64,000 nucleotides of DNA from the NCBI GenBank assembly GCA_963575745.1, contig CAUYUJ010000098.1, positions 1 to 64,000 on the forward strand. The letters are read 5' to 3'. Under the pieces are notes generated by a model. The model was not told the DNA's origin, ran no database searches, and worked only from the letters and a program-made list of their open reading frames with translations. The translations under genes were made by a program, and so were the position numbers. Of the stretch, positions 49,711-61,399 are shown piece by piece (the first letter of the stretch is position 1; each line of letters opens with the position of its first letter). The DNA comes from Prorocentrum cordatum. Its lineage: Eukaryota.

Positions 49711-50047
49711 GAGCAGGGAGAAGGAGCGGAGAGGAAAAATCGAGTGAGCGGCGAGGCGGGTAGTCTGCCTGGCCTCAACCGCCACACGCATGTCTGCCAT
49801 TGCTGGGGACACATACGTGCCTCGGAAAGAGTACGGAGGGAAAAATGGAGTCCACATAGGCGTTTTCCGCCGCCCCCGATTGATTCATCAGAGGGGTGCC
49901 TGGCTTTGTGAATGCCGCGCTAGGGTGTTGGGCCCCTGACAAGCCCGCGCCTCACCAGGCAGCCCAGCGCGACAGCGCAGCCCAAGAAAAAGATCCAGAC
50001 ACCAGCCAAAATCAAGAGTGCTCATCGATCTCCGCGTCCTGCTCCGA

Positions 50048-51747
50048 CTAGTTGACCTCAACCTCCGCGTTGTGAATGCCGCGCTGGGGTGTTGGGCCCC
50101 TGCCACGGCCAGGACACTCGAGCCCCACCAGGCAGCCCAGCGCGACGCCGCAGACCAAAAACAAGATCAACAAGAAGAAGATCAAGACACCAGCGAAGAC
50201 TGCAATTAATCCCCATGGCTCGGTGGTGGCTGTGGTGTTTGACGTGGCCGAACTCGTGCCCGTATCAATGGTCGTCGTGGCCGTCTTGGTGGTCGTCGCG
50301 GTGGTCGTCCCAGTTGTTGTCTCGGTGGTTGTCTTGGTGGTGGTCGTCGCGGTGGTCGTCTCAGTTGTTGTCTCGGTGGCTGTCTTGGTGGTGGTAGTAA
50401 TGCTTGACGTCGCGAGACTCGTGCCGTCGAACACGTACACGGAGCCAGAACCGCCGCCGTGGTCGTCGCCATAGTAGTACATCTGTCCACACCCCACCAT
50501 CATGCGGGCCCGTCGGAGCTCACGGCCACCGCAATTCCGAAATAGTCGTCTTCGGCCCCATCACTCGCCACAAGCTTGAGCAGCCTCTCGCCGGTGGTAC
50601 CGTCGAACACGTGCACGGAGCCAGAATTTTGGCCCTGGTCGTCGTCACGATGGGCCCCCACCACCACGCGGGCCTCGTCGGAGCTCACGGCCACCGCCAT
50701 TCCGAAACGGTTGTCTGCGGCCCCATCACTCGCCAAGAGCTTGAGCAGCCTCTCGCCGGTGGTACCGTCGAACACGTGCACGGAGCCAGAATTTTGGCCC
50801 TGGTCGTCGTCATAGTAGGCCCCCACCACCACGCGGGCCCCGTCGGAGCTCACGGCCACCGCCACTCCGAAATAGTCGTATGTGGCCCCATCACTCGCCA
50901 AGAGCTTGAGCAGCCTCTCGCCGGTGGTACCGTCGAACACGTACACGGAGCCAGAATCGCCGCCCTGGTCGTCGTCATAGTAGGCCCCCACCACCACGCG
51001 GGCCCCGTCGGAGCTCACGGCCACCGCCATTCCGAAAAAGTCGTCTGCGGCCCCATCACTCGCCACAAGCTTGAGCAACCTCTCGCCGGTGGTACCGTCG
51101 AACACGTGCACGGAGCCAGAATTTTGGCCCTGGTCGTCGTCACGATAGGCCCCCACCACCACGCGGGCCCCGTCGGACCTCACGGCCACCGCCATTCCGA
51201 AACGGTCGTGTGCGGCCCCATCACTCGCCAAGAGCTTGAGCAGCCTCTCGCCGGTGGTACCGTCGAACACGTACACGGAGCCAGAATCGAGGCCCTGGTC
51301 GTCGTCACGATAGGCCCCCACCACCACGCGGGCCCCGTCGGAGCTCACGGCCACCGCCCTTCCGAAATAGTCGTATGTGGCCCAATCACTCGCCACAAGC
51401 TTGAGCAGCCTCTCGCCGGTGGTACCGTCGAACACGTGCACGGAGCCAGAATTTGTGAACTGGTCGTCGTCAAGATAGGCCCCCACCACCACGCGGGCCC
51501 CGTCGGAGCTCACGGCCACCGCCATTCCGAAACGGTCGTCTGCGGCCCCATCACTCGCCAAGAGCTTGAGCAACTGCGCGCCGCTGATAGCCTGGCGCCT
51601 CCCGAACTCGGCCTGCGGCTCGCGAGGGCGACCGCTCGCCGAGCCCTCCAGCCTCGGGCGGGCCAGCGTCCCGCTCGCTGGCGACCCGGCGCTCGGGGCG
51701 CCGCGCGCTGCCAGCAGCAGGAGCAGCGCGCCGACGCTGTGAGCCGT
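50048..51747 (-). pseudogene. Intronless retrocopy of an FG-GAP (integrin-alpha-like 7-bladed propeller) type I membrane protein
   Basis: Hydrophobic leader (ACG where ATG is expected at 51747), seven 55-aa repeats with FG.AVAVS.DG.RVVVGA.DD...SGSV.VF, a Thr-rich stalk and a TM helix; 1-nt deletion near 50510. Confidence 0.85.
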
Positions 51748-51820
51748 CTGCAGATGAGCACGAAAAGAACTAGAGACGCCCGAGGGGAGCCCTGGGAGGC
51801 CAGCGACGGCCCCTTGGAAC

Positions 51821-51842
51821 CTTGAGCCAAAATTGCTTCGGA
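51821..51842 (-). other. Genomic dinoflagellate spliced-leader relic, full length
   Basis: Minus strand TCCGAAGCAATTTTGGCTCAAG versus DinoSL DCCGTAGCCATTTTGGCTCAAG, 20/22. Confidence 0.9.
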
Positions 51843-54800
51843 CCTTCCGCTTTTGGTTTTGGTTCTTTTTCCAGAGGAACTCCCCCTGGCGCTTCGGCCC
51901 ATCCCGCTGGCCACCCGAGAGGGAGCTCCAGGAGCTCAATCCCAGAAAAATCCCCCAAGACGGCTCAAGATGGCCTCCAAGATGGCCCCCAAGTCCGCCC
52001 AAGATGGTCCAAGATGGCCTCCAAGACGGCCCGAGAGAGTCCAAGATGCCTCCAGTTCGTCCAAAGAAGGCCTCAAGACGACCCAAGAGGCCTCCAAGAC
52101 GCCTAGACTGCCTCGAAGACCGCCCTGACACGGCCCATGAGGGCCTGAAGTCGGCTCCGAGAGGCCTCAAAGACGGTCTCGGACTGCGTCAGATGGGCCA
52201 GGAACGCTCTAAGACAACCAAAGACTCCCTCAAAGAGTCCCCAGAGGTCCCCAAGAAGGCCAAGGAGGCCTCCCGAGAAGCATTCAAAAGGTCCACAGGA
52301 AGTTCCAACAAAGCACCCAGAGCCCAAAAGTGCCCCAAGAAGCTTTCAACAATTTCCTGTTCCCTCCTGCTGCTTCCCCCCTCTCCTTCTCCGTCTCTTT
52401 TCCCCCCAAATGTTCCCCGAAGGTGTCGAGGCGAGACTCGGGGAATACATGGTCCGATGGCTTGGTCAAGCTCCGCCTCCACCAACGCCCAAGATGCACC
52501 CAACACTGCCTCCATCGACTGGCTCCGATTATTTCCTCATGCTATTTTCTGGTCACCGAGTAAACAATGCAGTCCGTTGTCCCACCAAGTTTGTGCAAAT
52601 GATAAATTTCAGCGCCATCGCACAAGAAGGCCAAGGAGGCCTCCCAAGATGGCCCCAAGAAGCCCCAATATAGCCCCAAAATGGCTCCCAAGACAGTCCC
52701 AAGATGCCTCCAAGACCGCAAAGATGGCCCAATAAAACCCTAGAGTAGCCCGAGAGGCTCCAAAGAGGCCTCATCCTCCCTTCTCCTTCTTCCTCCCTCT
52801 CCTCTCCTTCCTCCTCCCCCACCGTGTTCCCCGAACACTTTCCAAACCGATTCGGGGAACACATGGTCCGAGAGCTTGGCAGGTCTCTGGCCACAACGTT
52901 CGGCCACATAGGCGTTTCCAAAAAGGCAGGGGGCGGCGGTGATTCGCCACAGGCGTCTTCGATCCGCCGCCCCCTGTCGATTCATCGCAGGGGGGCCTGG
53001 CGTGCTGGACCCTTTCGGTTTTGGTTGTGGGTTATTTTCCAAAAGAACTCTCCCAATGGGTTTCGGCCCGTCCCGCCAGGGTCCCAGAAGGATTGCCCAG
53101 GAGCGCACACTCCACGAAAAATCCTCCCTGAAACGGCCGTTTCGCTCGGGACGTCCTCAAACAATCGCGAAGATGGCCAAAGATGGCCTCCAAGTCCGCC
53201 CAAGATGGTCCAAGACGGCCTCCAAGACGGCCCAAGAGAGTCCAAGACGGCCCAAGACGGCCCAAGAGGCCCCCCAGAGGCCTCCCAGACGGCCCAAGAG
53301 GCCTCCAAGAGGTCCTCCAGGAGGGCCCGAAGAGGTCAAACTCATTGATTTTCCTTAGGTTTTATAAGGATTTTGGAATTTGCTTCTTCTCGGCATTCCG
53401 ACGGCTCAGGACGGCCCAAGAGGGCCCCAAGATCGCCCAAGAGGCCCCCAAGAGGGCCCCATGACAGCCCAAGTGGCCTCCAAGATGGCCCCAAGACGGC
53501 CCCAAGACGGCCTCCAACACGCCCAAGACGGCCTCCAAGACGCCCAAGATGGCCTCCAAGACAGCCCAAGCGCCCCAAGAGGGTCCCCCGTTGGCCAAAA
53601 AAGGCCCCCAAGACGGCTCCCGACGGTGTCAGACGTGCCAGGAACCCACCAAGATGGCCGAAGTTGCCGCGAAGCTGGCCCAAGACGGCCCAAGAGGCCC
53701 CCAAGAGGGCCTCCAGGAAGGCCACAAGAGCCAAAAACATGGATGTTCCTTAGGTTTTTTGACGAATTTTGACATGTCTTTTCGGCCTTCCGACGGCCCG
53801 AGACGGCCCAAGAGCCCCCACAGATCGCCGAAAGATCGCCCAAGAGGCCTCCAAGACGGCCAAGATGACCTTCAAGATGCCCACGTGTTCCCCCAAGGCT
53901 TTCCAAACCGATTCGGGGAACATGGTCCGATGGCTTGGCAGGTCTGGCCTCAACGTTCGGCCACATAGGCGCTTCCAAAAAGGCGGGGGGCGTCGGTGGT
54001 TCGCCGTAGGCGTCTTGGATCCGCCGCCCCCTGTCGATTCATCGCAGGGGTGCCTGGCGTGCTGGACCCTCTCGGTTTTGGCTTGGTTCTTTGTCCAAAA
54101 GAACTCTCCCAGTGGGTTTCGGCCCGTCCCGCCAGGGTACCGGGAGGATTGCCCAGGAGCGCAAACTCCACGAAAAATCCTCCCTGAAACGGCCGTTTCG
54201 CTCGGGGCATCCTCAACAAATCGCGAAGATGGCCAAAGATGGCCTCCAAGTCCGCCCAAGATGGTCCAAGACGGCCTCTAAGACGGCCCAAGAGAGTCCA
54301 AGACGGCCCAAGACGGCCCAAGAGGCCCCCCAGAGGCCTCCCAGACGGCCCAAGAGGCCTCCAAGAGGGGGGCCGGCAGGTGGGTGAGTTTGATTGAGCC
54401 GTGAGTGGAGAGCTATGCTTTCGACTGTGATGCTTTCTGTTGCGGACGGAGCGGTCGTGACCGCCTGCCTGCTGCAGGGGAGGTGCGCGGGCAGCAAGCG
54501 GGCCGCTGAGTTCCTGTGGGGAACTACGGTGAGCTGGGGGATCGTCGCGGCTGCACGCGGCCTCGAATTCTGGGTTATTGCATGTTTTTGTTTGGGTGTT
54601 GTGGGGTTCCCCACGGCGCTCCAGAAGTCCCCAAAGTGGACCAAGGCGAGGGGAGAATCTAACCCCCCTCCACCGGCCACTCCTCGTCCAGCGGTGGTGC
54701 ACATGGCGCCGCAACGTGCCAGGAAGGCCGGTAGAACAAGGGTAGGCATGCCGCACTTGCATCGGCGAGCGCTGGTGCGCCTGGTGCGTGAGTGCGACGC

Positions 54801-55849
54801 TGTGCGGATTAGGGCCCCAATTTCTGGCCATGAAGTGATCAGATATTCCTCACTGTCCTCCAGGGGCGTCGACAGGGAGGGCATCGCGGCGGAGGGCGGC
54901 GCCCCCCCCCCCTCCCCTTTCCCTCCCTCTCCCACCACCGAACAAGATTTGGCGGTGGCGGTCGAGTCCGGGTTGGACGCCGAGCCGGAGGCGCGGCTGC
55001 GTGGCGGAGCGGCACCCCGCTGGAAGCGCACGGAGCGAGAGGAGCTCTTCGGGATGATCCGGGGGCTGCAGGAGGCCGTCCAGGAGCTTCAGCGGGCCCA
55101 ATCGGGAGCGACGCAAACTGGGGGCGGGCGTAAGCCTTGGGTGTCTGTGGCCAAGAGAGGAGGGAGGAGGGGGAGGAGGAGGGAGGGAGGGGGAAGAGGG
55201 AGGCAGGAGAAAGGAACGCGGGACGCTCTGTTCAAAGCGAGGACCCAACACCGCAGGGTGGTTGGGGAAAAAGGAATATGTAATCATGCAAGCAAACACA
55301 TCGTAACATAAAACCATATTTCCCACCCACGGGTGGGGGGGAAGGAGGAGGAGGAGGAGGAGGGATCGAGGGGGAGGAGGAGGTGAAGATCGAGGGGGAT
55401 GATGATCGAAGGGGAAGGGGAGGATCGAATGTGCTGTTACAACGCTCAAGCAACGCTCAATTTACAGAGTGCTCGCCGGGCGTGTTGTTGAACTTGTTGT
55501 GGGCGGGGTTCTAGCGAACCTAGTCGCTGTAGTTCCCGACGCTGTAATGATGGCGTGCGCTCGGGCAGCCTAGACTTCTCGGAATACTGTCGGGTCGTCT
55601 TGAGAAGCTAGGGGAGGTGGGTGACGGACGGAGTGGTAGGCAAGGAACGCGGCAACCAGACGGAGGGCGTGGACGTGCGTGGGGAACAACAACAGCATGC
55701 GAAGGGGTACAGTAGGGGCCCGAACACAAGAAACCTTTCACAAGAAACCCAACCCTGAGACCCCAGGACACGTCCATCGAGTTTTGGTGTGGGACCGTCA
55801 CGCTTTTCTTTCAAAACCATCGAAACCCAAGAAACCCAGGTCACCCTGG

Positions 55850-57010
55850 AGGCAAGCAGGGTGTTTCTTGACATGGGCCCCCACTGTGTGGACGAGGTCG
55901 CTCCTGTAGCGAGGCCGTCTCGGAGAGCATCTTGTCGACGAGGAAGTTCGGTTGCGAACAGCAACGTCCCCATGCGCGAACAGGTGACGCAGTGAGGGAG
56001 CTCGTCGGCAGCACCAGCGCACCCGATCCGAATGTGCACTCCCAGCGATGGTCGAGGTGGAGCCGACCAGATGTCGTCCAGGCATTCGCCCACGTCTTCA
56101 AGATGGCAGTCGACCAGGCGGGCGACAGCGTGCGCACGAACGTGAGCATAGCGTCGACATCGACGTACTCGGGCCAGAAGATGGGGCAGAGGGCGCGGAG
56201 CCCTCGGACGAGAGGCCCGCGGACGGAGTCGACATGCAGGACTTCCACGAGCTTCTGCACAGTGGTCCTCTGGACGCGACGAGGACCAGAAACTGGACCA
56301 CCAACCTGCGGAGGAATATCAATGAACGTGCGGATCTCCTGGACGATGCAGGGAATGGGGCGGCTAACAAGAGGATGTGAAGAAAGTCCCTGTGCGGCAG
56401 CATGCAAAGTGACGGCAATCGCCACCGAATCCCAGTGTGTCGGCCACACCGGCCTTGGACCCAATCGTACAGCAGGTGCTCGTGGGCGGCGTCGGCAAGA
56501 ATGCTGTAGCAAGCAGGCAACGTGGTGACGGTCACGAGGGCAGGTCAGACGAGCGTCGCGATGAGGTCCACCAGCATGCTGCGGAAGTGGGCGGAGCCCC
56601 AGGCATACAGGCTGAATAGGTCGGACCTGGAGAGCGCGTTCGGTGGTGCACACAGGAGGCGATGAGGAGAGCCAGCTTCACGCCGCAGGAGGTCGCGGGG
56701 AGGTATTGCAAGCTGGGCCACGTAAGAGAGGGTGGACAAAACGTGAGCGTTGCACAACAAAGCCGTAAGGGAAGGAGGGACGGAGGCTGCCATGATAGAC
56801 GAGACGCGGGCGAAATGCTTCTGGACGGGGGCGCGCTAAATGGTGAGACTGGCGATGAGCTTGACGAGTTTGAAGATGGTGGCGATGTTGCGGAGGACGT
56901 CGATCGATGTGAACGCGCAACCGACGTCGTCGGCGCACGCGCGGACGATCCCCAACTCGTGCTTGACCACCGCGTGGTTTAATCAGTTCAGGAACGGGTC
57001 GAAGGCGATG
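55850..57010 (-). pseudogene. Decayed 5'-truncated L1-like non-LTR retrotransposon ORF2
   Basis: AFDPFLN...IVRACADDVG (RT catalytic loop), VLSTLSYVAQL, ILKTWANAWTT and a C-terminal C..G....DELPHC..C zinc-knuckle-like motif; stops and deletions. Confidence 0.8.
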
Positions 57011-57234
57011 ACGAAGACGATGATGATGACGATGATGAGGAGGATGACTAGTGTGAACCCAGGAGTAATCAACGATGCTGGAATAAACCCACCCTCCAAA
57101 CTCCCTCTTCGCAGGCCCCTACAACGGCTCATTTCCATTGAAGGAACTGCCTCGTTGGAAGACAACCGATGCCATGCCATTCCTGGGACTTTAACGTAGC
57201 GAGCCAACATAACTGTTGCACCCGCGTAATCCTG

Positions 57235-57625
57235 AATCTGTTTAAAACACAATTTCTGGCACGTCGATGATGGGAGCCCATTGAACTCTTGCAGATTCTA
57301 CAACGAATATGCGCCGCGCTAAGGCGAGAACCACATTTTGAAAAGGAACCGCGCTTCATCCGTGAACCTCTTGCAAATTTTCAAGCGAATGTGTTGCGCT
57401 AGGGCGACAACCACATTTTGAAAACGACCCGCCTTCAATCTGCGAAACTCTTGCAGATCTTTACAACGAGTGTGCGCCGCGCCAAAGCGAGAGTCACATT
57501 TTGAAAACCACCCGCCTTCAATCCGTGAAGCTCTTGCAAAACTCTAAAACGAATGTGCGCCGCGCTACGGCGAGAACCACATTTTGAAAACCACCCGCCC
57601 TCAATCCGTGAAGCTCTTGCAACTG
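57235..57625 (+). repeat. Tandem repeat of about 81 bp, 4-5 copies
   Basis: Repeated CTCTTGCA...GCGCCGCGCTA.GGCGAGAACCACATTTTGAAAA. Confidence 0.88.
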
Positions 57626-57912
57626 TTTAGCTTCAGAGTCATAAAAGGTGAGGAAGTCTCAAGCGAAACGCCCGGTCCGCCCTAAAAACTGCCCTCGGGG
57701 TGCGACAGGGAGAAGTTGTTTAGGAGGAAAAGGAATTGATGATAATGGAAGTGGTGGTGGAGACGAGACGAAGCCACAGCTAGGAAATGAGAAGCTCAGG
57801 GCCCCAAAACTGTGTGACAACGGATCGCGTGGCAACCTCGGAATCCCACGCGGATTTGCGATCTCGGCGGCCCCGGTCGCCCGAGACGTCCTCCGAGAAC
57901 GACCCGAGTCCC

Positions 57913-58663
57913 AAATTACCCCAGTGCGACCCTACCTAGAAGTTGGAGCCCCGAGGAAAGCAGCATTAATTGCTATGCTATGCTATGCTATGCCATGCTG
58001 CGCAATGCTATGCTATGCTATGCTGTGCTATGATATGCCATGCAATGATATGCTGCGCTATGCTATGCTATGATGTGCTAAGCTATGCTATGTCATGCTG
58101 CGCTGTGCTATGATAAGCTAAGCTGCGCTATGTTATGTTATGCTGATCTGAGCTAGGCTATACTATGATATGATATGATATGCTGCGTTCTGCGATGGTA
58201 TGATATGCTTGGATATGTTTGGCTATGTTATGCTATGCTATGATATGCTATGCTATGCTCTGCTATGCTATGCTTTGCTTTGCTGTGCTATGCTGTGCTG
58301 TGCTGCGCTATGCTATGCTATGCCGCGCTATGCTATGCTATGCTGGACTGTGCTATGATACGCTGTGCTGCGCTATGCTAGGCTACGCTCTGCTATGCTA
58401 TGCTATGCTGTGCTCTGCTATGCTAAAGCTCAGCGAAACTAAGATGAAGGTAAGCTAAGCTAAGACACACCTGAGCTAAGATGAAGCTAAGCTAAGCTAA
58501 GATGAAATAAGCTAAGCAAAGATGAGATAAACAACGCTAAGCTAAGGAGGCGTGACTGGGGGAACCGCGGGGCGGATGCCGGGGGAACCGCCTGGGGCGT
58601 TCTACACTGCCCGGCCCCTTTAAGATAGAGAGTAAGAACCCTTCTAGGCAGAGCCTAGGTAGG
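57913..58663 (-). mobile_element. Family D unit (minus strand) carrying AAGCT and TATGC satellites
   Basis: Minus strand starts TTTT|CCTACCTAGGCTCTGCCTAGAAGGG and ends TCTAGGTAGGGTCGCACTGGGGTAATTT. Confidence 0.75.
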
Positions 58664-58989
58664 AAAAGGGTGCAGTGACCACTCGGTGTGGTCACCGCAC
58701 CGTTTGGGGGCTCCCGAGTAGCAGGAGGGAGAAAAACAGTAACATCGCGGGTACTCGCGGGGTTGACCCATTGTGTTCGGCAATGGGAGTAAACGATTAA
58801 ACAAAAATTTGGGGCCGGACGATTAAACAAATAGTTTCGCCGGCCTGGGTGCCCCCACAAAAAGGGGAGAGGGGGCTCGGCCAACGGAGGGGCGACAATT
58901 CGATCGGCATGGGGAAGGCTGAACGCCGAGGCCTGACCACCCTGCCTCCCGATTTCCCCAATCCCAATATACCCTCCCACGTCTTTTTT

Positions 58990-59974
58990 CCCTACCTAGG
59001 CTCTGCCTAGAAGGGTTCTTACTCTCTTTGCTTAAAGGGCCGGGCAGTGCTAACCGCCCCGGGCGGTTCCCCCAGTCCCCGCCCCGCGGTTCCCCCAGTC
59101 CCCTGGGAGCTTCAGCCTTAGCTTTAGCTTTAGCTTAGCTTTAGCTTAGCTTTAGCTTAGCTTTAGCTTAGTGTTAGCTTAGCTTTAGCTTAGCTTGAGC
59201 CTAGCTTCAGCTTAGCTTCAGCTTAGCTTCAGCTTAGTGTTAGCTTAGCTTTAGCTTAGCTTTAGCTTAGCTTTAGCTTAGCTTCAGCTTAGCTTTAGCT
59301 TAGCTTTAGCTTAGTGTTAGCTTAGCCTTAGCTTAGCTTTAGCTTAGCTTTAGCTTAACTTCAGCTTAGTGTCAGCTTAGCTTTAGCTTAGCTTTAGCTT
59401 AGCTTTAGCTTAGCTTTAGCTTAAGCTTAGCTTTAGCTTAGCTTTAGCTTAGATTCAGCTTAGCTTCAGCTTAGTGTTAGCTTAACTTTAGCTTAGTGTT
59501 AGCTTAGCTTTAGCTTAGTGTTAGCTTAACGTTAACTTAGCTTTAGCTTAGCTTCAGCTTAGCTTTAGCTCAGCTTTAGCTTAGCTTTAGCTTAGCTTCA
59601 GCTTAGCTGTAGCTTAGCTTTAGCTTAGCTTTAGCTTCGCCTTAGCTTAGCTTTCGCTTAGCTTTCGCTTAGTTTCAGCTTAGCTTTAGCTTAGCTGTAG
59701 CTTATCTTTAGCTTTAGCTTTAGCTTAGCTTTAGCTTAGCTTCAGCTTAGCTTTAGCTTAGCTCCAGCTTAGCTTTAGCTTAGCTTTAGCTTAGCTTTAG
59801 CTTATTGTTAGCTTAGTGTTAGCTTAGCTTTAGCTTAGATTTAGCTTAGCTTCAGCTTAGCTTTAGCTTAGCTTTAGTTTAGCTTTAGCTTAGCTTTAGC
59901 TTAGCTTTACTGTTACTACTAATGCTGCTTTCCTAGGGGCTCCAACTCCTAGGTAGGGTCGCACTGGGATAATT
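58990..59974 (+). mobile_element. Family D unit (plus strand) carrying an 11-bp (AGCTTAGCTTT)n satellite at about 59110-59908
   Basis: Starts TTTTTT|CCCTACCTAGGCTCTGCCTAGAAGGG (hairpin); partner repeat CCTAGGTAGGG at 59948-59958; ends GGGATAATT. Confidence 0.78.
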
Positions 59975-59978
59975 CCTC

Positions 59979-60800
59979 CCCCAACCACCTGCCTAGTTGG
60001 GCCTCGTTTTCCTTGAGACACCGCGTCTCCTTCTCTCCTTTTCCTTCTCCACCTCCTCTCCTCCTCCCTCCTCCCTCGTCCTCCCTCATTCCCCCTGACT
60101 CCTCACACGGTTCGTGGCCCCATAAGGAGCTCCACCGAAAGCCCCAGTGGGAGGGTCCGCCTGGCGCACTCGCGCCATCCCTATCAAATAACACCATGCG
60201 GCGCATCGCTCGTGGCCCCATAGGGAGCTCCACCGAAGGCCCCAGTGGGAGGGTCCGCCTGGCGCACTCGCGTCATCCCCATCCAATAATACCATGCGGC
60301 GTATCGTTCGTGGCCCCATAGGGAGCTCCACCGAAGGCCCAAGTGGAAAAGGTCCGCGTAGCGCATTCGCGCCGTGCCTCTCAAATGATACCATGAGGCG
60401 TATCGTTCGTGGCCCCATACGGAGCTCCACCGAAGGGCCCAGTGGGAGGGTCCGCCTGGCGCACTCGCGTCATCCCCACCAAATAATACCATGCGGCGCA
60501 TCGTTCGTGGCCCCATAGGGAGTTCCACCGAAGGCTCTAGTGGGAGGGTCCGCCTGACGCACTCGCACCATCCCCACCAAATCATTCAATGCGGCACATC
60601 GTTCGTGGCCCCATGGGGGAGCTCCACCGAAGGCCCCAGTGGGAGGGTCCGCGTGGCGCACTCGCGTCATCCCTATCAAAGACTACCATGCGGCGCATCG
60701 TTCGTGGTCTCATAGGGAGCTCCACCGAAGTTCCTCGCGGCGGGCGGCGGTCGGGGGGCGGCGGTCGGACGGCGGTGGTCGGTTTTGGGAATGTTGAATT
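59979..60800 (+). mobile_element. Family E unit carrying a tandem array of about 98 bp (7 cores, 60100-60730)
   Basis: Leader CCCCAACCAC...GTTGGGCCTCGTTTT; same core as the 89- and 90-bp arrays; GAGCTCC-type cores at 60127, 60225, 60323, 60422, 60520, 60619 and 60717. Confidence 0.62.
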
Positions 60801-61399
60801 GCTTCATGCGTAGCAACGGCGAAGAAAGCTTTGGGAATGTTAAATGATCCAGTCATCCCAGGGTTGCAAAAGCACCGGCGAAAGCAGGAGGAAGAGGAGA
60901 AGAGGGAACGGGGGAGTAGACGAGGGGAGAGGGGAAGGCTGATACGAAACTGCCCCAAAGTCGTATCATCTAGACGCCGCGCAGCGAAGCGGAGGAAGAT
61001 AATACTGCAGGCCCTCCTCGTAATAAAGTGTCTACAAGGACCCGAAGGAATCCTCGAAACTGCGCCGCGTGTGGCTGCCCCAAAGCGACGCCTGAAAAAT
61101 GCGGCGGGACGGGAGGGGGGAGGCGATTTAAACGCTAGTTTTCGGCACGCCGTCACGGCGCGAGCCCAGGGGCTTTGCGGGGCGGGGGGGCGGGGGGGGG
61201 GGGGGGCGGGCGGGAGGACGATTTAAAAAATAGTTTCCGATGCCCGATTTTATTCGTCCACCCCACACAAATGAATCAGGGACCCCGGGGGTGGGGGAGG
61301 GGGGGGGACTTTTTTAATCGTCTACTCCCATTGCTGACACTGATATGCGTTAGTAAAGAAACGTGCGTTGTTCCACCTGATCCGCTCTGGAAGCCCTGA

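Larger units (their letters stand above)
40236..54368 (+). mobile_element. Family C: array of about 8 head-to-tail Helitron2/Helentron-like units with CCAAGA-rich interiors
   Basis: Junction CAGGGGGCGGCGG-TGATT-CGCCGTAGGCG-TCTTCGA|TCCGCCGCCCCCTG at 40869, 41921, 43007, 44650, 52963 and 54020; a 5' end only at 49866. Confidence 0.78.

Noticed and set aside
50404..51825. 473-aa plus-strand repeat ORF
   Set aside because: It is the antisense shadow of the FG-GAP repeats.
54394..55311. 305-aa ORF as a gene or LINE ORF1
   Set aside because: It runs across unrelated segments, including an inverted family-E leader, and has no diagnostic motif.
59920..59935. TAATGC as a shared 5' terminus with the 8.3-kb cassette
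   Set aside because: It lies inside the family-D unit, upstream of that unit's 3' repeat.
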